Shown here: positions 20,833-31,880 of the stretch, one piece after another | Position numbering within the stretch: the first letter of the stretch is position 1 | Layout: every line of letters begins with the position of its first letter | Source of the DNA: an uncultured Planctomycetaceae bacterium | GTDB lineage: Bacteria > Planctomycetota > Planctomycetia > Planctomycetales > Planctomycetaceae | Direction of reading: 5' to 3' | NCBI GenBank assembly: GCA_963813715.1 | Contig: CAWFAK010000007.1 | Span: 128,001-192,000, forward strand | DNA length: 64,000 bases | Made by a program: the position numbers and the translations under genes | Notes under the pieces: model-generated | Seen by the model: the letters and a program-made list of their open reading frames with translations, nothing else | Told to the model about the DNA's origin: nothing | The model's database searches: none

Positions 20833-21851
20833 CTAAACAGGACGCCGCTGAGTGTATCTTTTCAGGATGTCCGCGGCGTTATCCGCCGGCTTGGCGTTGG
20901 GACTCACGGCCGACTTTTGCTCGCCACCAAAGGGCGCCGGATCGTTCGGATCGACGGCCTTTTCAGCAGCCGGCTCCGGCTCAGGGGCCGGCGGTGGCGG
21001 CGGTGGTGCCGGGGCCTTGGCACCAGTGGTCTTCGGGTCGGGCAGGCGGACCGAAGGCGTCGCCGGCTCTTCGATGGCTGCAGCCGGCTCGGGCGTCGCT
21101 GGGGCCGGCTGCTGTTGCGGAGGCGCGTAGCTCGGCGCCGCGGCATAGCCCCCCATCTGCGGATACATGCCCGGATAACCCATCGGCATCTGCGGATAGC
21201 CCATCGGAGTCTGGTAACCCATCCCGGGCGGCAGGTAGGGGTTGTAGTTGGGCTGATAGGGGGGCTGGTAAGGCATCCCCATTGGCGGATACATCTCAGC
21301 CCCGTAGCTGGGCGTCTGCTGGGCGTTCCAGACGACCGTCGTATCGCCGTTATGGCCGCCTCCGGCAGCAACCGGCGAGGTCGGCACGGGAGTCAACGAT
21401 TCCGGGGCTAGGATGCTCGAACCGGTATCTTCCGGAGTAGGCGGCACCGGGATCTCGAACGAAGTGTCACCCGAGGCCAACGGGGTTGTTTCGGACGTGG
21501 CGGCATCGGTGCTCGCGGGTAGCAGCTGCGAGGAGTCGCTCCGCTTCTCGTCCTGATCGCCAACCAACAGTTCGAAGTCGAGTTTACCGACCCGAATATG
21601 GTCGCCGGCGCCGAGCACCAGTTCGCCGCGCACCCGCTGGTTGTTGACGTAAGTCCCGTTTGTGCTGCCGAGGTCGCGGACGCGGACCGAAAAGTCGTCG
21701 ACCCACAGGCGCAGTGATGCCGGCTGACCAGTTCGCTGTTCGGCCGCAGATGGCAGTCCTGCTCGCGGCCGATCAAGAATTTACGCGTCGCCAACGGAAT
21801 AATCTTGCCGTGGTGTCTGCCTCCCACGACCTTCAACTTCGCCTGCAACAT
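20833..21851 (-). CDS. FHA-domain protein with long Pro/Tyr/Gly/Met/Gln-rich tail (frameshift near 21705)
   Basis: IGREQDC and VSRHHC in one frame, DLGSTNGTYVN in the next, then a low-complexity C-terminus. Confidence 0.88.
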
Positions 21852-22599
21852 CGAGTTGGAACTCCACCCGACGAACTGGCCCGCAGCCGAATCGTTCGGC
21901 GCGGTCAATTCCTGTGTCTGCGGCAGCTGCCGCACGAGATGCCGGAACACTCACCTTTGCCAATCCGTAGCGCGCACCTCGGAGCGACCGTGGTTACGGC
22001 GTTCGGACGACAACGTTGCTCGATTACGGTTCTTTTCCCTTTGCGCTAACAATCACGTCTGCGACAACGAGAGACCCGTTTGATCGGCCACGGGAGGCCA
22101 AGTGCGACCTGAACGATTCCGGCGGAAGACTGCGAAGATGATAAAGGAAGAACCGTCGGGGGAATCAATCCGTCGATGCACTCTCAAATTACCCGGCCAA
22201 CGCTAGCACCGGTATCAGTCGATGTCAACGCGGGCCCCAGCATGAACTCTGATGACAATTTCGAGGCGTTTTGTCTCGAAAGAGAACGGAAACACCAAGG
22301 TCCTCAGGATTCTCTCATTCTAATACCGGCGTGCTGCCACCGGTAGAGAAAATGCTGTTCACAATTTTGCGGATCGACCGGTTTTCTGTCGGGGCATAGC
22401 ATCATTTACGCCAACTGGCCGCTCCCAAAAACAGACGCCGCTATCGAAAATGTACGATATTCAGAGCCTTGCGGCGTTCGAGGGCGTGCAGGAGCTCACC
22501 GGCGGCCCTCAGGCCGCGGCGTAAAGCCTGTGCGATGAAGCCACGAACGTTACGACGCCGCAATCCCAACGATTCCCGCCGACTTGTTTGCTGCATTGG

Positions 22600-22654
22600 T
22601 TGGGCGCTGTATCGCTTGGTCGCTGTATCTTTGTCGGCCTGACGGCGCTAAAAT
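22600..22654 (+). promoter_or_regulatory. Direct repeat plus -10 box upstream of the efflux adaptor gene
   Basis: TTGGGCGCTGTATC (22600-13) and TTGGTCGCTGTATC (22616-29), then TAAAAT (22649-54). Confidence 0.35.
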
Positions 22655-22720
22655 CTGTTGCAGGACTGCTTTGACTGATTTCTCTCCCCGCTCCGGCTCC
22701 CCTCCCCGGCTTATTTCGTC

Positions 22721-24148
22721 GTGATGCAGCGCATCAAAAACTCGTGGGCGATCGGACTTGTGCTAGCTTCGCTGCTATTGGCGGCAGCTGCCTGGCGGTC
22801 GAAGTCCCAGGGCGAAGCGACGCAGGTGGGCGAGGCCTCGCAGGAACCAGACTCTTCCGCGCCGTCCGATTCCGCTCGTTCGTCGAAGGTTCGCGTCGAT
22901 GTCATTCGGCCGCACGTCGGCAAGATGGCGCGCTCGGAAACGGAGCCAGGCACCGTCGACGCTTTCGACTATGCGAATCTCTACGCCAAGGTTTCGGGCT
23001 ACCTGAAGGTGCAGAACGTCGACATCGGCAGTGTCGTCAAGGAAGGTGAAGTTCTCGCCGAGATCGACGCGCCCGAGTACATTCAATCGCGTGACCAGGC
23101 CCGCGCCGAAGTCGAACAAGCCAAGGCCCGCGTGCAGCTGGCCGAGTCGGCGGTCACCCGGGCCGAGGCTGACGTCGGCGCCGCCGAGGCAGGTGTCGAG
23201 CAGAAAAAGGCTGAGCTGACGCGGACCGAGGGCTATTTGAAGTTTCGCAAAATCCAATACGAACGGATGAGCCATCTGTTCGAGCTGAAGTCGATTGACC
23301 AGCGCCTCGTCGAGGAAAGTCGCAAGGAGCAGGATGCGGCCCAGGCCGCCGTCGACGCGACGAAGGCGTCGATCGAGACAGCCCAAACCGAAGTCGCGGC
23401 GAAGAAAGCCAAGGTCACGCAAGCCCGGGCCAACGTTGTCGACGCGCGGGCAAGCGTCGACGTAGCTCGGACGCTGCTCGAGAAAGCCCAAGTCTTCGTC
23501 AACTATCTTAAAATTGTCTCACCCTATAATGGAGTGATCACGGAGCGTGGCTTCCACGTCGGCGAATTCATCCGGTCACCCGATCAGGGACGGCAGGTCC
23601 CGCTTTTGACCGTGGCGCGAAGCGACGTGATGCGCGTGGTCATGCGGTTGCCCGAACGCTACGTCCCCTACTGCGAGCCGGGCGACGCCGCCGTTGTGGA
23701 GCTGGACGCCTTGCACGGCCGCATGTTTCACGGCACCGTTTCCCGGATCGCCAATTCGCTCGATCGCTCGGACCGGACGATGCGGGTCGAGGTGGATCTC
23801 AAAAACCCCAACGACGAACTCCGGGACGGCATGTTCGGTCGTGTCACCGTGCAATTGACGTCAGCTACTAAAGAGCTGAGCATTCCTTCGTCGGCCCTGG
23901 TGAACGTGGGACGGCCGGGGGCGTTTTCGGTCTACGTGGTTCGCGACGGACGCGCCGACCGCGTACCGGTGAAAGTCGGTCGCGATAACGGAATTCGCGC
24001 GGAGATCGTCTCGGGCGTTCAAGCCAACGACCTGATCGTTGCCCATCCCTCCGAGGATCTCGACTTCGGGCGCGGCGGTCGAGTTCGATCAGCCGACTCC
24101 GGCCGCCGAGCCGACGTCCGCCGCGAAGAGCTGACCGAAACGCTCTGA
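22721..24148 (+). CDS. RND efflux periplasmic adaptor (membrane fusion protein)
   Basis: N-terminal TM, AKVSGY..VDIGSVVKEGEVLAEI, long alpha-hairpin, IVSPYNGVI, RTMRVEVDL, LRDGMF; possible 3' frameshift near 24062. Confidence 0.93.
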   Translation: MMQRIKNSWAIGLVLASLLLAAAAWRSKSQGEATQVGEASQEPDSSAPSDSARSSKVRVDVIRPHVGKMARSETEPGTVDAFDYANLYAKVSGYLKVQNVDIGSVVKEGEVLAEIDAPEYIQSRDQARAEVEQAKARVQLAESAVTRAEADVGAAEAGVEQKKAELTRTEGYLKFRKIQYERMSHLFELKSIDQRLVEESRKEQDAAQAAVDATKASIETAQTEVAAKKAKVTQARANVVDARASVDVARTLLEKAQVFVNYLKIVSPYNGVITERGFHVGEFIRSPDQGRQVPLLTVARSDVMRVVMRLPERYVPYCEPGDAAVVELDALHGRMFHGTVSRIANSLDRSDRTMRVEVDLKNPNDELRDGMFGRVTVQLTSATKELSIPSSALVNVGRPGAFSVYVVRDGRADRVPVKVGRDNGIRAEIVSGVQANDLIVAHPSEDLDFGRGGRVRSADSGRRADVRREELTETL

Positions 24149-24177
24149 CCGGATCGAAATCGACGGGCCAAGTTGCT

Positions 24178-27100
24178 TCAGACGGCCGAATGCGGCGCCA
24201 TTCCGAAATCTTCGTCGTCCGAGTCTGACGCGAGCGGCGCCGGCCTGACGAAGAGCGAATAGAGGCAGGGCAGCACGAAGAGCGTGGCCGGCTCTCCCGC
24301 GATCAGTCCGCCCAAAATCGCCCGCGCCAAAGGAGCGTTGGCCTCGCTGCCCCGCTCGAGCGCCAGCGCGGCGGGCACCATCGCGAAGAAGGCGGCCAGC
24401 GCCGTCATCGTTACCGGTCGTACGCGAATCGAAGCGGCTTTACGAATGGCTTCGGTGGGCGTCAGTCCTTCGTGACGCCGCAGCTCCTGGGCAAAATCGC
24501 TCATCAGCACGGTGTTGGCAACCTTGATGCCGACGATAAAGATGATCCCCAAGAGTGACTGGACATTGAGCGCCGTGCCCGTGAAGTAGAGCATCGGCAA
24601 GACGCCAGCCAAGGCCAGCGGGACCGTCCCCATCACGGTGAGCGGCACAATCCACGAGCGGTCGAGAGCCACCATCAGGAAGTACATCAACAGGGCCGCC
24701 AGCACGAGGCCGACGCCCAGGTTACGAAACGTGTCCTGCATCCGCGAATACTCCCCCGTCAGCTCGAGTTTGCCCCCGGGGAGCAGCTTGTGGTCGGGCA
24801 CACCGGCTTCGTACGGACTCCAGGTGCCGCGGCCGCTCGCCACGCCGAACTTCGCCAGCAGCCGGCCCACGTCGTTGGCGACATGCCCCAAGTCGCGGCC
24901 GTAAACTCCCATCGTCAGGTCGATCGTCGGCTGCAGCGTCGTATGGTGCACTTCGGCCGGTACGGTGGTCCGACTGATCGTCGCGATGTTCTGCAGGGGG
25001 ACGGGCTCGTTTTGCTTGGGACTGGTGATGGGGATATTCATCATCGTCTCGATCGACTCGATGTCCCCTTCCGGATACTGCACGCCGACGAAGTACTGGT
25101 TGTGGCTGACCGGATCGAACCAGAAATTCTTCTTGTTGAACGAAATGCTCGAGTTGAACGCGGCCACGACGTTTTTCATCACGTCGGCCTGGCTCAGTCC
25201 CATATCGGCGGCCTTGGTGCGATCGACGTCGAGCACGAACTCGGGATAGTCGAGCCGCTGAATGATGCGGGCGTCGACCACGCCGGGAATCTTGGTGACC
25301 TCGGCCTGGATGGCGGCCGCCACTTCGCGGGCCTTGACCATGCTGTTGCCGCGGACTCGCACGTTGAGCGGCGTCGATTTGCCCTCGTTCATGGCGCCGC
25401 GGATCATGCCCCCCGCGTCAAAGGCAAATTCCAACTCGGGGAATTGGCGGTTGAGCTGCTGTCGCAGCATCTCCACATATTCTTGGGCGGACCGTTCCCG
25501 CTCCGCCTCGAGCTGGACCTTCACCACGGCGTCCATCGGGCCGGAATTGGGAGTGTAGGCAGCGGACCAGTCGGCCACGACGCCGATCTCGCTGATGATC
25601 GTCTGCAGATCCTTTTCAAGCAGCTTGCGCACGACCTGCTCGACGTCGGCGATCTTCGCTTCCGTCCGCTCAATCCGCGTGCCGGTGGAGCGCGGATATA
25701 AATCTCGAACGCGCCGGCATCGACCTCCGGGAAGAAGTCGCGGCGAATGACCGGACCCAAGAGCCCCAAGCTGAGGATCAGCAGGCTGACGGCGACGGCC
25801 ACCGTCGCCCTCCGATGGAGCAGCACAAAATCGAGTCCGCGCACATAGAGTGCGATCGCCCGGTCGATGAGTGCTTCCCAGCGGCCGAACGCCCGGGCAA
25901 TCACTCCTCGTCGGCGGGCGTGCTCGTGCTCGCTATGCGACTTGAGCAGCAGCGAACTCATCGAGGGGACAAACGAGCGGGACAAGACATAGGCGACGAT
26001 CATCGCGAAGGCGACGGCGTAGGCCATCGGCCGAAACAAGAACGCGCCCAGGCCGGGCATCAGCGCCAGCGGAGCCAGCACCAGAAACGTGCAGATTGAC
26101 GAAACCAGCTCGGGCATGGCCACTTCGCTGGCTCCCAAAAACGCGGCCTGCCGCACCTTCGCCCCCAGCGCCAGGTGACGGTGCGTGTTCTCCAGGCAGA
26201 TAATCGCGCTATCGACGAGTGGTCCGATCGCGAGTGCAAGCCCGGCCAACGTCATCACGTTGATCGTGTTCCCCGTCGCATAAAGGCCGATCAGCGCCCC
26301 CAGGACGGCCAACGGAATGGTGCAGATGGCAATTGCCGTCATCCGCAGCTCGCCGAGAAAGACCAAGATGACGAGCGAGCACAGGAGCGCCCCCAACAAG
26401 CCTTCCTGCACGAGTGCCTTGATCGACTTACGCACGTAAATCGACTGGTCCATCACCACGCGCAGATTGATGTCCGGTCGCGTGAGCCGTGGTTCAATCG
26501 CCGGCGCTTCCTCCTTGAGCTGATCGACCACCGTCAGCGTGCTCTGTCCGACCTGCCGGAAGATCGGAATGTAGACCTGCCGACGGCCGTTCACCCGCAC
26601 AATATTGGTTTGAATGTAATTGGTGTCGGCCGGAGTGCCGATGTCGCCCAGAAAGGTCGCCGTCCCCGGCCCGACGCGCAGCGGGATCCCCTTCATCTCG
26701 CTGATCACGTTGTACATCGAGTTGGAGTCGATGGCGTAATCGGTGTCGCCGAACTTGGCGTCGCCCGTCGGCATCAACAGGTTGTAGCGGTCGATCGCGT
26801 CCATCACGTCGGTCAGCGAGAGATGCCGCGACTGCATCTTCTGACGATCGAGGTACGCCAGAATCGTCCGCACCTTGCCGCCGAAAACGACCGGCGCGAT
26901 GGCTCCGGGGATGGCCATCACCATGTTGCGAACTTCGAATCGGCCGACGTCGTACAAGGTCGATTCGTTCTGCGTCTTACTGTCGAGGGCCACGACGCAC
27001 GCGGGAACGGTGGCAGTCGGGTCGAAGGGGAGCACGACCGGCGGCAGCGTTCCGGGCGGCAGCACGGGGATCACCCCCGTGGTCAGCGACATCACCTGCC

Positions 27101-27419
27101 CGAGCGCACCGTTCGGGTCGGCGTCACCCTGGAAATAATTGCGGATGACGCTGGACCCGATGATCGAGCGCGACTCCTGCCGGCTCATGTTGTTGGCCTG
27201 GCCGACCCAACGCTCCAACCGGTTCGTGATGTCCTTCTCGACTGAGACCGCCGGCATGCCGCTGTAGAACGTCAGCACCTGCACCGCCGGCGAGCGGAAG
27301 ATCGGCAGGATGTCGATCGGCAGCGCGAGCAGGCACAGCACGCCGATGACCAGGATCGTGAGCATCGCGACAATCACCGCGTAGGGATTCTTCAGCGATG
27401 CTCGAATCAGACCATTCAT
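24178..27419 (-). CDS. RND efflux permease, AcrB/CzcA family (frameshift near 25685)
   Basis: LPIDILP, INVMTLAGLALAIGPLVDSAII..EN, FFPEVDAG, RVRPVTMTALAA and PLARAILGGL motifs across two ORFs; ATG at 27419. Confidence 0.93.
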
Positions 27420-27702
27420 GCCGGTGAGTTGCTCGGCGAGGTGGGAAAGCGCAGGAGCCCGCGGCCGCATAGTCGACGTGGACTTCGCCGGCCTGCATCG
27501 ACTTATAGGACGAGTTTGCATTCACCGTCAATCTCGCTCGGCCCCGCGGTTACAGCCAATTCACCTCCGTTCATCATTGCAAAATCTCGGGGAATCGGCC
27601 GCGCGGCGAAACGCGTGCTTTCGCGGGCTTTTTCCCGGCTGGCGAAGGAGTTATTTTGACGGGACGGCCAGCCCTTCCGCACGACAACGGTAGCCTCAAT
27701 CC

Positions 27703-29127
27703 ATGTCTTCGTCCTCAGCTTTGTCATTGCCTAGAGCGGTCCGTTCGGCATTGGCTGGACTGGCCGCGTTGGCGATCTGCGGGCTGCTCTTGGCCTTCGA
27801 TTTCTCGCGCAGGCCGGGGCCCGGAGCCGCGGCGTTGGCAGCGCCTGTGTCGCGATTGGCCTCGGACGGCAAGCTCCGCTGGTTTCGGGGCAACCTCCAC
27901 ACGCATTCGATGTGGAGCGACGGCGACGATTACCTCGAGATGATCGGCCTGTGGTACAAGGACCACGGTTACGACTTCCTCTGCTTCACCGATCACAACC
28001 GACTGGCTCGCTCCGAGCGGTGGGTGAAGGTCAACCAGAACGGCAGTCCGCCCGCCGCCGTGCAAAAGCTCAAGGCGCGGTTTCCCAAGGACTGGGTCGC
28101 TGAGCGCACCGTCGACGGCCATCAGGAAATTCGGCTCAAGACCTTTGACGAGGTGCGCAACCGTATCGCCGAGCCGGGACGCTTCTTGCTGATTCAAGGC
28201 GAAGAAATCTCCGATCTCTTCGGCCGCTCCCCAATCCACATCAACGCCACCAACATCCAGGCAGCCATTCCGCCGATGGGAGGCAAGAGCGTGGCGGAGA
28301 CGATCCAGAACAATTTCGACGCGATCATCGCGCAGCGGGAACGGACGGGCAAACCAATCCTCGTCCATCTCAATCACCCGAATTACTACTATGGCGTGAC
28401 CGCGGAAGACTTGATGCGGATTCGTGGGGACAACTTCTTCGAGGTCTACAATGGTCATCCGTCGGTGCACAATTCGGGCGACAGCCTGCACGCCTCGACC
28501 GAGCGGATTTGGGACATCATCCTGGCCAACCGGCTGGGCGACTTGAACCTGCCGGTGATGTACGGCCTGGCGACGGACGACGGCCATCGCTACCACCATA
28601 TTCCCAGCCGCGGCTCTGAGCCTGGACGCGGCTGGGTGATGGTGCTGGCATCCGAGCTGACGCCCGAATCGTTGATCGCGTCGCTCGAATCCGGTCGGTT
28701 TTACGCAACTTCGGGCGTGAGGCTCCGCGAGGTGATTTCCGGCAGCGACGGGCTTGATGTCGCTGTCGAACCCGAGCCGGGGGTCGACTACACCATCGAC
28801 TTCATTGGGACGCGCTCGAACTTCAACCGGGCCAGCCAGCCGATCCGGGATGCCGCCGGCAAGGAGATCCGGGCGACGCGGCACTACAGCGACGACATCG
28901 GTGTGACCTTCAAGACCGTCCACGGAAATCGCGCCAGCTGCCGCTTCGGTCGCGATGAGCTTTACGTCCGCGCCCGTGTCACCTCGAGCAAGCACCATCC
29001 CAATCCATCCGAGCTGGGTGATTTCGAGCGCGCCTGGGTGCAGCCGCAGCGTGGTCCGGCGGCACTCAAAAACGCGGGCGGTCCAGCCGAACTCAAAACC
29101 ACCGACGGCTCCGCCGCGCTGGAATGA
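27703..29127 (+). CDS. Exported PHP-domain metallohydrolase (CehA/McbA-like)
   Basis: GNLHTHS..SDG, FTDHN, LNHPN, EVYNG and ATDDGH motifs; N-terminal hydrophobic segment. Confidence 0.85.
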   Translation: MSSSSALSLPRAVRSALAGLAALAICGLLLAFDFSRRPGPGAAALAAPVSRLASDGKLRWFRGNLHTHSMWSDGDDYLEMIGLWYKDHGYDFLCFTDHNRLARSERWVKVNQNGSPPAAVQKLKARFPKDWVAERTVDGHQEIRLKTFDEVRNRIAEPGRFLLIQGEEISDLFGRSPIHINATNIQAAIPPMGGKSVAETIQNNFDAIIAQRERTGKPILVHLNHPNYYYGVTAEDLMRIRGDNFFEVYNGHPSVHNSGDSLHASTERIWDIILANRLGDLNLPVMYGLATDDGHRYHHIPSRGSEPGRGWVMVLASELTPESLIASLESGRFYATSGVRLREVISGSDGLDVAVEPEPGVDYTIDFIGTRSNFNRASQPIRDAAGKEIRATRHYSDDIGVTFKTVHGNRASCRFGRDELYVRARVTSSKHHPNPSELGDFERAWVQPQRGPAALKNAGGPAELKTTDGSAALE

Positions 29128-29287
29128 CCGTGCCCCGGTTGGAGAGGAAAGCGGTCGGGTGCCCCCTCACTCCGACCGACTCCCGTCGGCTTTTCTGGTT
29201 TTCCGCGGAATTTCCGAAAAGTCGTGCAAAAAATCGGCGGTGGCGTGGTCTTTCTCTTTGACTGACCCATCCAACCGAGCCCACGGG

Positions 29288-29776
29288 ATGCCCCTCGCCG
29301 CCGAGCAAATCGCTGCATTGATCGAACGGCATGCCGTTCCGCTCGCGATTTGGGTCGGTTACCGCGAGGAATGGGCGGATGATGTCGTGCAAGAAGCCTT
29401 CTGCCGGCTGGCGGCAGCGGAGCCGCCGCCCGAACGAGTGGTCCCCTGGCTCTATCGTGTCGCCTGGAACCTGGCACAGACCAACCGCTTGGCAAACCGT
29501 CGGCGGCGATCGCGCGAGAGGCACGCGGCGGCGGGCGAGGCCGTTCGAGACGATCCCCTCGAGAGACTGATTGCCGACGAAGTGCTGGCATCGCTCTTGC
29601 GCCTGGATAACCCTCTCCGGGAGGTCGTCACGGCCCGGATTTGGGGTGGACTGACTTTCGATGAGATCGGCAAATTGTGCGGCACCTCGGCGGCGACCGC
29701 GTTGCGCCGGTACCGCGACGCCTTGGAACAACTCCACAGAATTTTGAGTGTCCCATGCACGACCACGAATCCCTGA
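29288..29776 (+). CDS. ECF RNA polymerase sigma factor
   Basis: ADDVVQEAFCRL, PWLYRVAWN, REVVTARIWGGLTFDEIG..ATALRRY motifs. Confidence 0.9.
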   Translation: MPLAAEQIAALIERHAVPLAIWVGYREEWADDVVQEAFCRLAAAEPPPERVVPWLYRVAWNLAQTNRLANRRRRSRERHAAAGEAVRDDPLERLIADEVLASLLRLDNPLREVVTARIWGGLTFDEIGKLCGTSAATALRRYRDALEQLHRILSVPCTTTNP

Positions 29777-30246
29777 ATGATCCCGAACTCGGACAACTCG
29801 AGCGCCGCTTAGGTCGCGCAACCTGGTCCCCCACACCGGCCCAACGCGAACGCTGGCTCTATGCCTGCGGGCAAGCGGCGGGCCGCGCTCAGATGAGGCG
29901 TCGTCTGCGGGGGGCGATCGGTGTTGCGGCCGTATTGGGTTGTGTTTGCGTGGGGCTGTCCTGTGCGCTCTGGCAGGCCGATCAAGTGCCGGTCGCGGCG
30001 GTCAATCCGGTGCCGACACCTTTCGCCACGAATCTCACTCCGGCTCAACATTCGAGCCTCTTGCCGCTTGACGAGCCCGTGGACGCAGTTGTGGATTCGA
30101 AGCGCGGGCTGAGAGTGTCGGCAAGCCTCGCAGAGCTGGCCTCGTTCGATGACCTCGCCAGGACGTCAGCTTCCGAGGTGCAGAAGACTCCGGTGGCTGC
30201 GGAGCGCGTGCTCTCCGCCGCCGGACCGCTGTCGGGCGCCCTGTGA
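29755..30246 (+). CDS. Putative single-TM anti-sigma factor
   Basis: Overlaps the sigma 3' end; LERRL...RERWLYACGQAAG followed by a TM segment. Confidence 0.7.
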   Translation: MHDHESLNDPELGQLERRLGRATWSPTPAQRERWLYACGQAAGRAQMRRRLRGAIGVAAVLGCVCVGLSCALWQADQVPVAAVNPVPTPFATNLTPAQHSSLLPLDEPVDAVVDSKRGLRVSASLAELASFDDLARTSASEVQKTPVAAERVLSAAGPLSGAL

Positions 30247-30309
30247 ACTTTTTGTGGTCCTTCCTTGAGATCATCGAGAAATTGCCTTCATTTCTAGAGG
30301 GAAAAAGGG

Positions 30310-31759
30310 ATGCAGATCGGACGTTCACGCTTCGCGGTGATTTGCGCCTTGGGTCTGGCCGGCTTTTGCCTGACGGCCGCGTGCGCCGCCGACAAGAAAC
30401 CGGCTGGCACGAAACCCACCGACAAAAAACCCGCCGCAAAAGCCGCCGCACCAATCAATCCGTGGCATGAGCTTGCGGTCAGCCCGCGCGATCGAAACGC
30501 CGCTGATGAAGTATCGATTGCTGCCCGCCGAGTACGAATTGCGTGACGGTAACGCAGCACCCATCCTGCTGCGACTCCCCTGGGAGCGCATCCCCTACTT
30601 CCGCGAGGTCGTGCCCACGTTCTCGGAGTATCTGGATGTGCCGCTCACTAGTCCGAAACTCCACGGCCAGGAGATTTTCACGCTGTACGACCACCTCGAG
30701 CGGGCCGCCTACCGAAGAACTGCCGACTGGCAGTATCCAATCGGCGAACACCCTTTGGGGGATATTCTGCTTCCGGATCTTCAGGGGGGCCGCAGCATCG
30801 TCGGCTATGGCCTTTCGGTCTGGATACGTCAGCGGCTCGCCGAAGGGAATCTGGCCCGCGCCCGGCAGGGAATCCTCGTGGGTCTGGCGGTCAGCCGGCA
30901 TTACGGGCGCACGCCGTTCACGATTGCGCAAATGGTCTGTGCCGCAATCGATTCGACGCTGCTTGATCGAGTCGCCGAACTCGTTTCGCAGCCCAACTCG
31001 CCCAACCTCTATTGGGGACTGACCCAGCTTCCGCGCCCGCTGATCGACGTGCGGCCTGCCATCGAGCTGCAGCAGCGGTTCCTCCAATCGACTGTCCCGG
31101 GGCTCGATGACCCAATCCAGACCGAGACAGAATGGAAACGGCGGGCACTGGCCGTCATTCACTACTTCCGCGAGTTCACTGAGGCAGCCCAATTGCAGCC
31201 CGGAGGAAACGGACGAGCGTTCGAGGAAGTGGTGAAACTGGCCCGCGCGGAGCTGCCGACCTGGATCGAGGGAGGAGACAATCGCGTCGCGGCGATGTCT
31301 GACGGCGAAGCAGCCGCAAGGTGGCTCGTCGACGTCAACGACGAGCTGACGAGTGAGGCCACCGCGACCATGTCCCTGGACCCTCCGCTTGCGATCCCGC
31401 GGCTCCAGGCACTGCAAAAACGCGTCGCGGAGTTTTGTGCCGCCCTGGGCGTGCCCCGATCCACCCTCTTGGTCGTCTCCCTCAACGGCTACGTCGCGAT
31501 CCACAGAATCGAGCGGGAGATCGACGCCTTGCGCGTCGTCGAAGCTGTGCGAAATTACGCTGCGGCTCACCACTCGCAGCTGCCGGACACGCTGGAGAAG
31601 ATCAACGAGGTCCCCGTCCCCAACGATCCGTTTACCGGCAAGCCGTTCCACTACGAGCTGAAAGACGGCGTCGTCACCCTCTCGGCCGAGGGAATCAAGC
31701 TGTCGGATCCGGAGCGGGAAGTCGGCGCCATCCGCTATCACGTCCGCATCCGAAACTGA
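30310..31759 (+). CDS. Exported helical protein (frameshift near 30470), third gene of an ECF operon
   Basis: Signal peptide in ORF 30310..30546 joins ORF 30467..31759; C-terminal [20 protein letters not shown] motif. Confidence 0.75.
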
Positions 31760-31880
31760 GCGTTTCCCGGCACTCTTCAGTCCAGCCGATGGCGTGCCCG
31801 CATCCGCCGTCCCGGATATCCTGGAGCGTCGCCTGATTGCGACACGAAGGATTAACGGCAGAGGGCGTCAGCCTGAGGTC

